Shown here piece after piece: positions 1 to 10,977 of a stretch of 64,000 nt of DNA. Each line of letters starts with the position of its first letter. Within the stretch, counting starts at the first letter, position 1. Position numbers and translations under genes: made by a program. The notes under the pieces are model-generated. The model was not told the DNA's origin, did no database searches, and saw only the letters and a program-made list of their open reading frames with translations. This stretch comes from an uncultured Pseudomonadota bacterium (GTDB taxonomy: Bacteria > Pseudomonadota > Gammaproteobacteria > CAJXQU01), in contig CAJXQU010000012.1 in NCBI GenBank assembly GCA_913058255.1, positions 6,869 through 70,868 of the forward strand. Direction: 5' to 3'.

Positions 1-459
1 TTGATTACCTTGCAAAACACTGTTGAGTAAGCTACCCAAACCTCCACCAGCAGAAGCCTGTGAAGCTCCACCGCCAAGAGAGTCCAGAATGCCACCGAGG
101 CCTCCGCCTTGTTGACCACCTGCTCCACCTAGCATTCCAGCCAAACCACCAAGACCACCGCCACTAGAATTACCGCCAGCAAGCGAGCCTAAAATGTCAC
201 CTATGCCACCACCAGACTGGTTACCACCACCTGTTAAGCCACCGAGTAGCCCACCGAGACCACCACCTGATTGACCACCACCCGTTAAGCCGCCGAGCAG
301 ACCACCGAGACCACCACCTGATTGACCGCCACCTGCTAAACCTCCAAGAAGCCCACCTAAACCACCAGCCTGCTTATTACCGCCGCCGACCATTTTACCG
401 ACACCTTTAGCAACCATCATACCTACAGCCATTTTTCCTAATGTGCTTACTAGACTCAT
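1..459 (-). CDS. Glycine-rich repeat protein, partial (3' end lies beyond the window start); repeated GG(Q/N)SGGGLGGLLGGL(T/A)GG units
   Basis: Minus-strand ATG at 459-457 preceded by a GGGGAAG Shine-Dalgarno sequence. Manual translation gives MSLVSTLGKMAVGMMVAKGVGKMVGGGNKQAGGLGGLLGGLAGGGQSGGGLGGLLGG..., open and in frame to position 1. It is missing from the ORF track because no stop codon falls inside the window. Family unknown, possibly DUF937/YidB-like. Confidence 0.55.
   Translation of the reverse strand, partial: MSLVSTLGKMAVGMMVAKGVGKMVGGGNKQAGGLGGLLGGLAGGGQSGGGLGGLLGGLTGGGQSGGGLGGLLGGLTGGGNQSGGGIGDILGSLAGGNSSGGGLGGLAGMLGGAGGQQGGGLGGILDSLGGGASQASAGGGLGSLLNSVLQGNQ
222..368. repeat. Tandem direct repeat with a 54-bp unit (2 full copies plus 1 partial) inside the Gly-rich CDS
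   Basis: Bases 222-275 and 276-329 are near-identical (ccaccacc(t/c)gttaagcc(a/g)ccgag(t/c)agcccaccgagaccaccacctgattga), followed by a diverged partial copy. Each copy encodes a GGQSGGGLGGLLGGLTGG unit. Confidence 0.6.
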
Positions 460-622
460 ATCACTTCCCCTGCATTTAATTTTTAAAAATCCTTAACGTC
501 AGCCCTAGCATATGCTCTTGGCCCGTCCAAATGCAAGTTTCTAATATTCATCAATCATTCATATTTCATATGCTATGAGAAATGCATAAATTGTCTAATA
601 ATATCAATCACTAAATCACGTT

Positions 623-2854
623 TTAACGCGTTCTTTTCTTCGGTTTGTTCGGACTACGTTTCTTCTTAAAGCTAGGTGTTTTTGGTAGCCCTGTATGTTG
701 GGTCAATATCCTTCCACCATTAACCTTCTTTTTCGCTTTCGGGCTGATGCGTCGTCCTTCAGTTTCATCACCCGTTCCTGCTGGTTGCCAGTTAGGTATA
801 AGGTGTTTTTTACCATTACCAATTAGATCAGCTCGACCCATCCGTTTTAGTGCTTCACGTAACATCGGCCAATTATTCGCATCATGATAACGAAGAAAAG
901 CTTTGTGTAATTGCCGTTGCTTCTTACCTTTAGGAACAAAAACCGGCTCACTATTTCGTGAGATTTTTTTCAGTGGATTCTTTTCTGAATAGTACATGGC
1001 CGCAGAAGTAGACATTGGCGAGGGTAAAAATGCTTGCACCTGATCAGCCCGAAAATCATTCGATTTCAACCAGATGGCAAGATTCATCATATCTTCATCG
1101 GTTGTGCCGGGATGCGCCGCGATAAAGTACGGGATCAAATATTGTTCTTTACCCGCTTCTTTTGAGTACTTCTCGAACATTTTTTTAAAGCTATCGTAAG
1201 TCCCAATGCCTGGCTTCATCATCTTTGATAATGGCCCGCCTTCCGTATGTTCAGGGGCAATTTTCAAATAACCTCCAACATGGTGAGAGACTAATTCTTT
1301 AACATATTCAGGTGATTCAACCGCAAGGTCATAACGCAAACCCGATGCGATGAGGATCTTCTTAATTCCAGGTAGCTTTCTAGCGCGTCGATAGATCTTG
1401 ATCAGCGGATCATGATTTGTGTTCAGATTCTGACAAATTCCGGGATAAACACAGGACGGCTTACGACATGATGCTTCTATTTCAGGACTCTTGCACGACA
1501 AGCGATACATATTCGCTGTTGGGCCACCCAGATCAGAAATCACACCTGTGAATTCAGGCACGGTATCACGAATGGTTTCGATCTCATTGATAATAGAGTC
1601 TTCTGATCGGCTTTGAATGATGCGGCCTTCATGCTCCGTTATCGAACAAAAAGTACACCCCCCAAAACAACCCCGCATAATTGGGATCGAAAAACGGATC
1701 ATTTCATAGGCAGGGATTTTTGCTTTGCCATAAGACGGATGCGGCTGTCTTGTATAAGGCAAATCATAAACACTATCCATTTCCTTCATCGTCAAAGGGA
1801 TCGGTGGTGGGTTAAGCCATAAATGCTGTTGGCCATGCTGCTGGATAAGCGCCCGAGCATTGCCGGGGTTGGTTTCAAGATGCAAAATACGCGAGGTGTG
1901 GGCATACATAATGGGATCTGACTTTACTTGATCGTAAGCCGGTAACCGAATAACTGTTTTTTCACGCTCAGACTTTCTCACATTCTTAACGAATTTTATG
2001 ACGTTTTGTTTTCCACTAACGCCTTTACTCGCCTCTTCCTCAGCGGCTTGAGCTGAATCACACACTTCCTGAGTTTTTGTTGTGTCGAGATAGGGATCAA
2101 TCGGTGCTTCCAATTTCCCCGGTGTATCAAGATCGGTGGAATCTATTTCCCACCAGTCTGCTGGACGTTCATTACAAAGAAACGCTGTACCACGTACATC
2201 TCTGATCTGATTTAAGCTTTCACCCTGCGCAACACGATGAGTGATCTCGACAACCTGCCGTTCAGCATTCCCATAAACTAACAGATCAGCTTTTGCATCT
2301 AATAGTACAGAACGACGAACTTTTTCGGACCAGTAATCATAATGAGCGATACGGCGCAGGCTAGCTTCAATACCCCCGATCATCACAGGCACGCCTTTGT
2401 AAGCTTCACGACAACGTTGGGTATAAACGATGACACAACGATCAGGTCGTTGACCACCCGCACCATCTGGCGTGTAGGCATCATTTGATCGAACACGTCG
2501 CTCAGACGTGTAACGATTAACCATTGAATCCATATTGCCGCCAGTTACACCGAAATAAAGATTCGGTTTGCCGAGACGCATAAAGTCATCTTTATTTTGC
2601 CAGTCTGGCTGGGCAATAATCCCAACACGGAAACCTTGCGCTTCCAACACACGCCCCACTAAGGCCATACCAAAACTGGCCTGATCCACATAGGCATCAC
2701 CCGTCACTAAGATAACATCGCAGCTATCCCAACCCAGCTCGTCCATTTCTTCTCTGGACATCGGTAAAACGGGAGCAGAACCAAAACGTTTGGCCCAATA
2801 TTTTTTATAGGAAAAGAGGTCTGGAGCAGCTTGCATAATGGTGTGTGTAGTCAA
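623..2854 (-). CDS. ygiQ: YgiQ-family radical SAM protein (UPF0313)
   Basis: 743 aa. Carries the CFGGCTFCS radical-SAM cysteine motif, and its N-terminus and length are typical of YgiQ. Confidence 0.85.
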   Translation of the reverse strand: MTTHTIMQAAPDLFSYKKYWAKRFGSAPVLPMSREEMDELGWDSCDVILVTGDAYVDQASFGMALVGRVLEAQGFRVGIIAQPDWQNKDDFMRLGKPNLYFGVTGGNMDSMVNRYTSERRVRSNDAYTPDGAGGQRPDRCVIVYTQRCREAYKGVPVMIGGIEASLRRIAHYDYWSEKVRRSVLLDAKADLLVYGNAERQVVEITHRVAQGESLNQIRDVRGTAFLCNERPADWWEIDSTDLDTPGKLEAPIDPYLDTTKTQEVCDSAQAAEEEASKGVSGKQNVIKFVKNVRKSEREKTVIRLPAYDQVKSDPIMYAHTSRILHLETNPGNARALIQQHGQQHLWLNPPPIPLTMKEMDSVYDLPYTRQPHPSYGKAKIPAYEMIRFSIPIMRGCFGGCTFCSITEHEGRIIQSRSEDSIINEIETIRDTVPEFTGVISDLGGPTANMYRLSCKSPEIEASCRKPSCVYPGICQNLNTNHDPLIKIYRRARKLPGIKKILIASGLRYDLAVESPEYVKELVSHHVGGYLKIAPEHTEGGPLSKMMKPGIGTYDSFKKMFEKYSKEAGKEQYLIPYFIAAHPGTTDEDMMNLAIWLKSNDFRADQVQAFLPSPMSTSAAMYYSEKNPLKKISRNSEPVFVPKGKKQRQLHKAFLRYHDANNWPMLREALKRMGRADLIGNGKKHLIPNWQPAGTGDETEGRRISPKAKKKVNGGRILTQHTGLPKTPSFKKKRSPNKPKKRTR

Positions 2855-3017
2855 AAAAAGAAGCGTACCATGAATACCTGACTACTGGCATCAGGTATTT
2901 AACTTTAAAGTGGAGAAAAAGTCATGATTTTGACAACGCAGCAAGCCACTTTCTGCTCAGGATCAGGTATCATTCCTGTTTTTTATAACCTCTAATAAAA
3001 TCACACCAAAGAATCCT

Positions 3018-6000
3018 ATGTTAACGTTTGCTGGAAGTGCCGCTTTTTCTACCTTTCGACTGGACAAATTTCTACAAGAAATTCAAACAGTCGTACCTCA
3101 AGTTACTGCTATTTCGACGCATTTTATACACTTTTCAAAATGTAGTTCAGATCTGAATGATCAAGAAAAACAACAACTAGGCGAACTTTTATCCTATGGA
3201 ACCTCTCCAAAAGCTACCTTGGAGAAGACCCATTTATTAGTTATCCCACGCAGCGGAACCATCTCTCCTTGGTCGAGCAAAGCTACCGACATCGCAAGAA
3301 ATGCCGGCTTAACAAAAGTTGAGCGATTGGAGCGTGGTATTGAATGGGCTTTCCAAACCAACGATGGCTCAAGTCTCAACGAAGATGATTTGTTGAAGAT
3401 TACACCTTTGGTTCATGATCGAATGACGGAAACGGTGCTGACTAAAGCAGCACAAGCAGAATCTTTATTTGATCAAGCCGAAGCGGGGATCATCAAACAT
3501 ATCGATATGCTCACGGATGGTATTAGTGCCCTGCAAACGGCTAATAGCGAGCTTGGATTAGCTTTGTCAGAAGACGAAATCGAATACTTGTTTGAGAATT
3601 TTACCAAACTCAACAGAAATCCTTCTGATGTTGAGTTGATGATGTTCGCCCAAGCGAACTCCGAACACTGCCGCCATAAAATATTCAATGCTGACTGGAA
3701 AGTTGATGGAAAAGAACAAGATCGTTCTTTATTCGCCATGATCAGGAATACACACCAAACCAACCCCGGCGGCGTGTTGTCAGCTTATTCTGACAACTCC
3801 TCAGTCACGACGGGATATTCAGGCGAACGTTTCTTTCCGAACCCAACAACGGGGCAATATGAATATGTAGATGAAGCTATTCATATATTGACCAAGGTTG
3901 AAACGCATAATCACCCAACGGCTATTTCACCTTACCCTGGCGCGGCAACAGGTTCTGGTGGCGAAATCCGTGATGAAGGTGCGACTGGCCGAGGCTCAAA
4001 ACCGAAAGCAGGTCTGACTGGTTTTTCTGTCTCTAACTTGAAAATCCCTGCGCTCACTCAACCATGGGAAGTCGATTACGGCAAACCAGAGCGCATCGCT
4101 TCGGCCCTCGAGATTATGCTTGAGGGCCCCATCGGTGGAGCGGCATTTAATAATGAATTCGGCCGCCCTGCCCTTTGTGGTTATTTCCGTACTTATGAGC
4201 AAATAATAAACGGTGAAGTTCGTGGCTATCACAAACCCATTATGATCGCCGGTGGCTTGGGTAATATTCGTCCGCAACACACTCATAAAGATCAAATTCC
4301 GGCTGGATCAAAAATTATCGTACTCGGCGGCCCAGCCATGTTGATCGGTTTGGGCGGCAGTGCTGCTTCCTCAGTCACATCAGGTCAAAGCCATGCTGAC
4401 TTGGACTTTGCCTCAGTTCAACGTGAAAACCCAGAAATGGAACGCCGCTGTCAGGAAGTCATCGATAGCTGTTGGAGTTTAGGGGATGATAACCCGATCG
4501 TTTCTATTCATGATGTTGGTGCCGGTGGTATTTCAAATGCCCTGCCCGAGCTGGTAAATGACGCTGAGCGTGGTGCGATTTTTGAGCTTCGCGAAGTACC
4601 TAGTTCGGATCCAAGCATGTCTCCCGTTGAGATCTGGTGTAATGAATCACAAGAACGTTATGTATTAGCCATCGCGCCTGAAGCCGAAACATTCTTTGAG
4701 AAGATTTGTGCTCGCGAGCGTTGTCCCTTTGCCGTGTTGGGCGATGCAACTGGTGAACGTCATTTGATTTTGAATGATCGTCTGTTCGGTGATCAACCCA
4801 TTGATCTACCGATGCAAGTCTTGCTTGGCAAACCGCCGAAGATGAGTCGTGAAACACAACGTATCACACCTGTTCACACAGCATTTGATGATCAAGGTAT
4901 CGATATCAAAACAGCCGCTGAGCGCGTTTTACAACTTCCTGCCGTTGCTGATAAACGCTTCCTGATCACGATTGGTGATCGCAGTGTTACAGGCCTCGTT
5001 GCACGTGATCAAATGGTTGGCCCGTGGCAGGTTCCTGTGGCTGATTGTGCTGTCACTTCCAACTCATTTTTAGGCTGTGCTGGTGAAGCAATGGCGATGG
5101 GCGAACGAACGCCACTGGCGATGATCGATGCCGCTGCTTCTGGTCGAATGGCAATAGGCGAAGCGATCATGAATATCGCTGCCGCTCGTATTATGAAAAT
5201 GTCGGACATTATATTCTCAGCAAACTGGATGGCTGCTTGCGGGCACTCAGATGAAGATGCACGACTGTTTGATACCGTAAAAGCTGTTGGTATGGAACTC
5301 TGCCCAGCACTGGGTATTTGTATTCCCGTGGGTAAAGATTCCTTATCGATGAAAACCATCTGGCAAGATCGTGATGAGCAACGCTCAGTTGTCTCGCCAC
5401 TGTCATTAATCATTACAGCCTTTGCACCCGTGGTCGATGTTCGCATGAGCTTAACGCCACAGTTACGTATCTTGGATGAGCCAACAGAGCTTATTTATAT
5501 CGATCTGGGCGCAGGTAAGAATCGTCTTGGTGGTTCTGCCCTTGCTCAAGTATTCAATCAACTGGGTGATGAATCACCTGATCTGGATGATGCGAAGTTA
5601 TTAAAAACATTCTTCCGTAGCATTCAATTATTAATAGAAGCAGATATGTTGCTTTCCTATCATGATCGATCTGATGGTGGGCTGTTCACAACACTCGTTG
5701 AGATGGCATTGGCTGGCAGAACAGGTATCGACATTAACTTAGCGGAAGCATCGCTCGCGAGCTTGTTCAGTGAAGAACTAGGAGCCGTCATTCAGATCCG
5801 AACGGAAGATCGAGAACAGGTCATCAAATGTCTGACTTCAGATGGTCTGCTAGCCGATCACGTCCATGCGATTGGTGGCTTGAACAATGACATGAAGGTA
5901 AAAATATCGCAGCAAGATCAAACCATTTATGCTGACGATCTTATGGCGATCCAACGTCTCTGGTCATCAACATCTTTCCACATACAATCACTGCGTGATA

Positions 6001-6887
6001 ATCCAGAATGTGCACAGCAAGAATATGCTGCCTTACAAGATGAGCACGATCCGGGCATGTTTGTGTCACTCACTTATGAAGTCGATGAAACGCCTGTGAC
6101 CGATTCAGCCAATAAACCCAGCGTGGCGATCCTTCGTGAGCAAGGTGTTAATGGCCACTTGGAAATGGCAGCCGCTTTCGATAGAGCTGGCTTTACAACG
6201 ATTGATGTTCATATGAGCGATCTGATCGAAGGTCGCGTAGAACTCAATAAATTCTCAGGATTGATCGCTTGCGGCGGTTTCTCATATGGCGATGTGCTCG
6301 GTGCTGGTGGCGGTTGGGCAAAAACAATCTTATTCAATTCGGATCTAAAAGCTCAGTTCAGTGAATTCTTCAGTCGTGAAGACACCTTTACTCTAGGAGT
6401 ATGTAACGGTTGCCAGATGCTTGCTCAACTGAAATCGATCATTCCCGGTGCTGATCACTGGCCTGTCTTTTTACGCAATAATTCAGAACAATTTGAAGCT
6501 CGTCTATCGATGGTCGAAGTACAGGAATCACCTTCTATTTTCTTAAAAGGCATGGCTGGCTCGCGGATGCCAATCGTTGTATCGCACGGTGAAGGTCGCA
6601 CCAGCTATACTCAAGAGCAATCACAAAAAGTTATCGATCAAGGCTTAGTCAGCCTCAATTACATTACTAATCATGGTGAGACTGCTGATCAATATCCAGC
6701 TAATCCAAATGGTTCTGAACTGGGCTTAACTGGTCTAACAACGATCGACGGACGTGTGACAATCATGATGCCGCACCCCGAGCGTGTGTTCTTGAAGAAA
6801 CAGTTCTCATGGTTGCCAGATGACTGGCAGCAAGAGGCCAGTCCTTGGATGCAAATGTTCCGCAACGCGCGCGAGTGGATCGGTTAA
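3018..6887 (+). CDS. purL: Phosphoribosylformylglycinamidine (FGAM) synthase, single-chain large form
   Basis: 1289 aa. N-terminus [19 protein letters not shown]...ERLERG closely matches E. coli PurL, and the C-terminal glutamine amidotransferase domain (GVCNGCQML) is present. Confidence 0.95.
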   Translation: MLTFAGSAAFSTFRLDKFLQEIQTVVPQVTAISTHFIHFSKCSSDLNDQEKQQLGELLSYGTSPKATLEKTHLLVIPRSGTISPWSSKATDIARNAGLTKVERLERGIEWAFQTNDGSSLNEDDLLKITPLVHDRMTETVLTKAAQAESLFDQAEAGIIKHIDMLTDGISALQTANSELGLALSEDEIEYLFENFTKLNRNPSDVELMMFAQANSEHCRHKIFNADWKVDGKEQDRSLFAMIRNTHQTNPGGVLSAYSDNSSVTTGYSGERFFPNPTTGQYEYVDEAIHILTKVETHNHPTAISPYPGAATGSGGEIRDEGATGRGSKPKAGLTGFSVSNLKIPALTQPWEVDYGKPERIASALEIMLEGPIGGAAFNNEFGRPALCGYFRTYEQIINGEVRGYHKPIMIAGGLGNIRPQHTHKDQIPAGSKIIVLGGPAMLIGLGGSAASSVTSGQSHADLDFASVQRENPEMERRCQEVIDSCWSLGDDNPIVSIHDVGAGGISNALPELVNDAERGAIFELREVPSSDPSMSPVEIWCNESQERYVLAIAPEAETFFEKICARERCPFAVLGDATGERHLILNDRLFGDQPIDLPMQVLLGKPPKMSRETQRITPVHTAFDDQGIDIKTAAERVLQLPAVADKRFLITIGDRSVTGLVARDQMVGPWQVPVADCAVTSNSFLGCAGEAMAMGERTPLAMIDAAASGRMAIGEAIMNIAAARIMKMSDIIFSANWMAACGHSDEDARLFDTVKAVGMELCPALGICIPVGKDSLSMKTIWQDRDEQRSVVSPLSLIITAFAPVVDVRMSLTPQLRILDEPTELIYIDLGAGKNRLGGSALAQVFNQLGDESPDLDDAKLLKTFFRSIQLLIEADMLLSYHDRSDGGLFTTLVEMALAGRTGIDINLAEASLASLFSEELGAVIQIRTEDREQVIKCLTSDGLLADHVHAIGGLNNDMKVKISQQDQTIYADDLMAIQRLWSSTSFHIQSLRDNPECAQQEYAALQDEHDPGMFVSLTYEVDETPVTDSANKPSVAILREQGVNGHLEMAAAFDRAGFTTIDVHMSDLIEGRVELNKFSGLIACGGFSYGDVLGAGGGWAKTILFNSDLKAQFSEFFSREDTFTLGVCNGCQMLAQLKSIIPGADHWPVFLRNNSEQFEARLSMVEVQESPSIFLKGMAGSRMPIVVSHGEGRTSYTQEQSQKVIDQGLVSLNYITNHGETADQYPANPNGSELGLTGLTTIDGRVTIMMPHPERVFLKKQFSWLPDDWQQEASPWMQMFRNAREWIG

Positions 6888-6913
6888 ACAACAACCGCCC
6901 CTATAACAAGCAA

Positions 6914-7513
6914 ATGAATTTTCTCGCTCACCTCTACTTCGCAGAAAATTCTCAACATTCTCTTTATGGGAACCTACTCGGTGATTTTGTTAAGGGATCA
7001 CCGGATCAATTTATTGATCCGGTGATCCTTAACGGCATAGCCCAACACCGCGCAATTGATAAATATACCGATGCTCACCCAGTAGTTAAGCGCAGTAAGT
7101 CACGGATCTCCGCAGAAAGAAGACGCTTTTCTGGAATTATGATCGATGTTTTTTATGACCATTATTTAGCCATTAATTGGGAACAGTATTCACCGGAAAA
7201 CTTTTCAATTCAAACAAGTGATTGGTATAACAAACTCAAAAAAGAAACCTATCTCGTGCTTCCAGCAAGGTTTAGTCGTACCATAGAAATGATGACAAAA
7301 AACGATTGGTTTTCCATGTATAAAGAACCTGCCGGAATCAACAAAGCGATCGATGGCATTTCAAAAAGGATTCGTTTTGAAAACAACATGCATGGCGGAG
7401 GCGTTGAGTTGACAAACAACTACGATGCCTTGGAAGATGATTTCCATGCATTTTTTCCTGATCTGGTCACATTTGTCAGGAGTTATCAAAAAAAACTTGA
7501 TTCAGTATGCTGA
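6914..7513 (+). CDS. acpH: Acyl carrier protein phosphodiesterase
   Basis: The internal start MNFLAHLYFAE...GNLLGDF matches E. coli AcpH (MNFLAHLHLA...). The upstream in-frame extension back to 6845 overlaps purL and is unlikely to be translated. Confidence 0.85.
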   Translation: MNFLAHLYFAENSQHSLYGNLLGDFVKGSPDQFIDPVILNGIAQHRAIDKYTDAHPVVKRSKSRISAERRRFSGIMIDVFYDHYLAINWEQYSPENFSIQTSDWYNKLKKETYLVLPARFSRTIEMMTKNDWFSMYKEPAGINKAIDGISKRIRFENNMHGGGVELTNNYDALEDDFHAFFPDLVTFVRSYQKKLDSVC

Positions 7514-7616
7514 GTAAGGAACTTTTCCATTAATATATTGCCTCAAGTGCACGTTAAAAAAGCCATGCTGGTATATCTAGTGAGCTTAATAAAATTAGAC
7601 ATAAGGGATAGCAAAG

Positions 7617-9722
7617 ATGAGACAAGCCTATAAAACGCCAGTCATTAATCAAGGCGATGCTGAACTGAAGCGACAAGAAATTCGTGATTACTTTCATGCA
7701 ACCTTCGATCAGTATGAATCTCTCTTTTCTGTTCTCAAAGACGATAGCGTTTTTTATGAACGTCCCGAATCATTACGTCACCCGCTGATCTTTTACTTTG
7801 GTCATACCGCAACTTTTTTCACAAATAAACTGATGGTATCGAAGATCATTAATCAGCGTATTGATCCTGATATGGAATCGATGATGGCGATCGGTGTCGA
7901 TGAAATGTCTTGGGATGATTTGGATGAAAAAAATTACGACTGGCCAACCGTTGATGCTGTTCGTCAATATCGTCAGCACGTTCGCAAAACGGTTGATCAA
8001 CTGATCGATACCCTCCCCTTAAATTTTCCTGTGCAATGGAGTGATCCGTTCTGGATTATTTTGATGGGAATTGAGCATGAAAAAATTCATTTAGAAACAT
8101 CATCTGTCTTAATCAGACAGTTACCCATCGAACACGTGAGAACTAGTCACGATTGGCCGATCTGTAATGAAATCGGCCATGCGCCATCAAACAAGCTTGT
8201 GGAAGTTCCGGGTGGTGAAGTGCAGCAAGGTCGCAACCTGCCATCAACCACCTACGGTTGGGACAATGAGTACGGCTCCCAAACCACTCAGCTTGAAAGT
8301 TTTAAAGCGAGTAGTTTTCTAGTTTCTAATCAAGAGTTTTTAGCCTTTGTATCTGATCAAGGTTATGCGACAGAAAGTTATTGGTCCGAAGAAGGCTGGC
8401 AGTGGAAAAACTTTAGACAAGTTAACCAGCCTATTTTTTGGATCAAGGAAAATAATAACTATCGTTACCGTACGATGTTGGAAGAAATAGACATGCCTTG
8501 GAGCTGGCCTGTTGACGTGAACTTTCACGAGGCCAAAGCATTCTGCAACTGGTTAACTGAAAAAACAGGGAAACAGATCAGACTGCCTAGCGAACCTGAA
8601 TGGTATCGTTTATATGAGCTCAACGTCGAAGAAGATCATACCAATTGGATCAAAGCTCCTGGTAATATCAATCTCGAATATTGGGCTTCATCATCGCCAG
8701 TGAATAAGTTTATGCACGGCGACTTCGGGGACGTGATAGGGAATGTCTGGCAATGGACAGAGTCAGCGATTGATGGTTTTGAAGGGTTTAGTGTCCACCC
8801 TGCTTACGATGATTTTTCAATTCCAACATTCGATGGCCGACATAACTTGATCAAGGGAGGCAGTTGGATCTCTACGGGTAACGAGGCACATCGAGATAGT
8901 CGATATGCCTTCCGTCGACACTTTTATCAACATGCAGGATTTCGTTATGTAGAGTCGCATGAAGAAATTGATCAAAGCTTTAACAGTTACGAAACAGATG
9001 AATTTATTTCTCAATATTTAGAGTTTCATTACGGCGATGAATATTTTGATGTTCCTAATTTTCCAAAAGCCTGTGCCGAAAAGATTTTTGAAATCACAGC
9101 CGAGCAAAAATTTGAGCGTGCATTAGATATTGGTTGCGCGGTCGGTCGAAGTAGTTTTGAGCTAGCTAAACAGATTCCTCATGTCGATGCATTAGACTTC
9201 TCAGCACGTTTTATTCGTAATGCGCTAAGCCTACGCGAGCATGGCCAACTTCGATATATGATTACCGATGAAGGCGAACTTTCCACCTTAAAACAAGTGA
9301 GTTTGAGTGATTTAAAACTAGCTGAAACAGCTGATCGCGTCAATTTCAGCCAAGGTGATGCCTGCAATTTAAAGCCACATTATCAAGACTATGATCTAAT
9401 CTTTGCTGGTAACTTGATCGATCGATTATATGAGCCTGCGAAATTTTTAAAATCAATTCACCAACGTATGCGTAAAGGTGGGATCTTAGTATTAACCTCT
9501 CCTTATACTTGGCTTGAAGAATATACCGAAAAACAACAGTGGATCGGTGGATATAAAATCAATGGTGAGAATATGACAACTCTTGATGGCTTACATCATT
9601 ATTTGAGTGAACATTTTGAGCCATTAGAAGCTCCAGTTGACGTCCCTTTTGTCATACGTGAAACAGCAAGAAAGCACCAACATACCATTGCGCAAATGAC
9701 CTTGTGGAAAAAGAAAACTTAA
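7617..9722 (+). CDS. ovoA: 5-histidylcysteine sulfoxide synthase OvoA-like (DinB_2 + FGE-sulfatase domain + C-terminal SAM methyltransferase)
   Basis: 701 aa. The N-terminal His-rich DinB-like region (YFGHTATFF, HEKIH) and a central FGE-sulfatase-like region are followed by methyltransferase motif I (LDIGCAVGRSSFELA). The three-domain architecture and length fit OvoA rather than EgtB. Confidence 0.75.
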   Translation: MRQAYKTPVINQGDAELKRQEIRDYFHATFDQYESLFSVLKDDSVFYERPESLRHPLIFYFGHTATFFTNKLMVSKIINQRIDPDMESMMAIGVDEMSWDDLDEKNYDWPTVDAVRQYRQHVRKTVDQLIDTLPLNFPVQWSDPFWIILMGIEHEKIHLETSSVLIRQLPIEHVRTSHDWPICNEIGHAPSNKLVEVPGGEVQQGRNLPSTTYGWDNEYGSQTTQLESFKASSFLVSNQEFLAFVSDQGYATESYWSEEGWQWKNFRQVNQPIFWIKENNNYRYRTMLEEIDMPWSWPVDVNFHEAKAFCNWLTEKTGKQIRLPSEPEWYRLYELNVEEDHTNWIKAPGNINLEYWASSSPVNKFMHGDFGDVIGNVWQWTESAIDGFEGFSVHPAYDDFSIPTFDGRHNLIKGGSWISTGNEAHRDSRYAFRRHFYQHAGFRYVESHEEIDQSFNSYETDEFISQYLEFHYGDEYFDVPNFPKACAEKIFEITAEQKFERALDIGCAVGRSSFELAKQIPHVDALDFSARFIRNALSLREHGQLRYMITDEGELSTLKQVSLSDLKLAETADRVNFSQGDACNLKPHYQDYDLIFAGNLIDRLYEPAKFLKSIHQRMRKGGILVLTSPYTWLEEYTEKQQWIGGYKINGENMTTLDGLHHYLSEHFEPLEAPVDVPFVIRETARKHQHTIAQMTLWKKKT

Positions 9723-9740
9723 ATGTTTTTTTATTCATAA

Positions 9741-10847
9741 ATGCTGTTTAAACCAACATCGCTCTATCAGTTTTATAAGCGCTATGAAACGTTAGACTTG
9801 ACACCGATACATCAATCCAACCCTCAACCGTTTACAATGATTGAGCTTGAAGCCATTATTGGAAAAAAAACGTCATTTTTAGATGATCAACTCGAACTTG
9901 GTTATGCAAGCCTGCAAGGTGACTTGAGATTACGTGAAGCTATCACCACTCTCTATGAACACGAGAATCCTGATGAGATAGCGACCTTTGTAGGTGCGCA
10001 AGAAGCTATATTTTGCGCTATGTATAGCTTGTTAAAAGCAAAAGATAAGGTTGTAGCGATAAGTCCTATTTTTGCTCCCCTAATCGCTACAGCTGAGGAA
10101 ATCGGTTGTGAAATTGATCTTGTCTCATTAACACCTACAAAAGATAAATGGGTGCTCGACCTTGCTCAATTAGAAGCGTCCATTAAAGCGGACTGCAAGC
10201 TACTGATCATAAACTTTCCGCATAATCCAACAGGCGCCATGCTCACAGAAGATGAGCTACTAAAAATTATCGATATATGTGATCAAAATAACTGTTGGAT
10301 TTTATCCGATGAAGTGTTTCGTGGACTTGAGTTTAAGCCTGAGCAGCGTTTACCAGCGGTTGCCGATCTTTACCCGCAAGCAATAAGCATTGGTGTTCTT
10401 TCAAAATCCTTCGCGACACCGGCCATTCGTATTGGTTGGATTAGTTGTCAAGATAAAATGATCATAGAAAGAATGATCGAAATAAAATCATCCTTTTCAA
10501 TTTGTACTAGTCATATAGATGAACAGTTCGCGATACACATTATTCTTCAACATGAAAAGGTTTGGGAGCGAAGCCGCAATAAAGTACTTAATAATTTTTC
10601 TAATTTTGACCGTAATGTTACTAAGTCCCATTTATTGAGTCGTTTTATAAAACCACAAGCAGGATGTGTCTGCTTTCCTCTTCTCAATGATGCGATCTTA
10701 GCCAGTGACTTTAGCGAGGAGCTGATTCAAAATAAAAACTTAATGACACTACCTGCGGATCTATTCATATCATCACATAACGGCATTCGCTTAGGTTTTG
10801 GTTACGATAACAATAGTCACTTGATAAGTTCTATCTTTTCAACTTAA
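9741..10847 (+). CDS. PLP-dependent aminotransferase class I/II-fold enzyme, candidate ovothiol sulfoxide C-S lyase (OvoB-like)
   Basis: 368 aa with the PLP-lysine motif SKSFATPAIRIGW and NFPHNPTG. Lies 18 nt downstream of ovoA on the same strand. Confidence 0.55.
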   Translation: MLFKPTSLYQFYKRYETLDLTPIHQSNPQPFTMIELEAIIGKKTSFLDDQLELGYASLQGDLRLREAITTLYEHENPDEIATFVGAQEAIFCAMYSLLKAKDKVVAISPIFAPLIATAEEIGCEIDLVSLTPTKDKWVLDLAQLEASIKADCKLLIINFPHNPTGAMLTEDELLKIIDICDQNNCWILSDEVFRGLEFKPEQRLPAVADLYPQAISIGVLSKSFATPAIRIGWISCQDKMIIERMIEIKSSFSICTSHIDEQFAIHIILQHEKVWERSRNKVLNNFSNFDRNVTKSHLLSRFIKPQAGCVCFPLLNDAILASDFSEELIQNKNLMTLPADLFISSHNGIRLGFGYDNNSHLISSIFST

Positions 10848-10977
10848 CCCATTTCAATCTAATGAAAAATATTTTGGGGACGACATCCAACCTCTTAATA
10901 CAACATCCGTTGAAATAACTGCACCTTAGACTACTAGACGCGTTATAATTGACCGTTTAATTCATCTGTTTCCCCCT

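Noticed and set aside
222-368. Tandem repeats at the window start, considered as a possible CRISPR array or non-coding satellite
   Set aside because: There are only about 2.5 copies, with no spacers, and they are in frame within a continuous Gly-rich ORF that has a good start and Shine-Dalgarno sequence. They are coding repeats, not CRISPR.
3194-5446. Several 60-145-aa ORFs antisense to purL (3194..3379, 3473..3763, 3996..4295, 4600..4857, 5009..5446)
   Set aside because: They lie entirely inside a well-supported, highly conserved purL frame and have no start context or recognisable protein features. They are typical spurious antisense ORFs.
7617-9722. Alternative call of the 701-aa protein as EgtB (ergothioneine sulfoxide synthase)
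   Set aside because: EgtB lacks a C-terminal SAM methyltransferase. This protein has a clear methyltransferase motif I (LDIGCAVGRSSFELA) after the FGE-sulfatase-like region and is about 700 aa, which fits OvoA.
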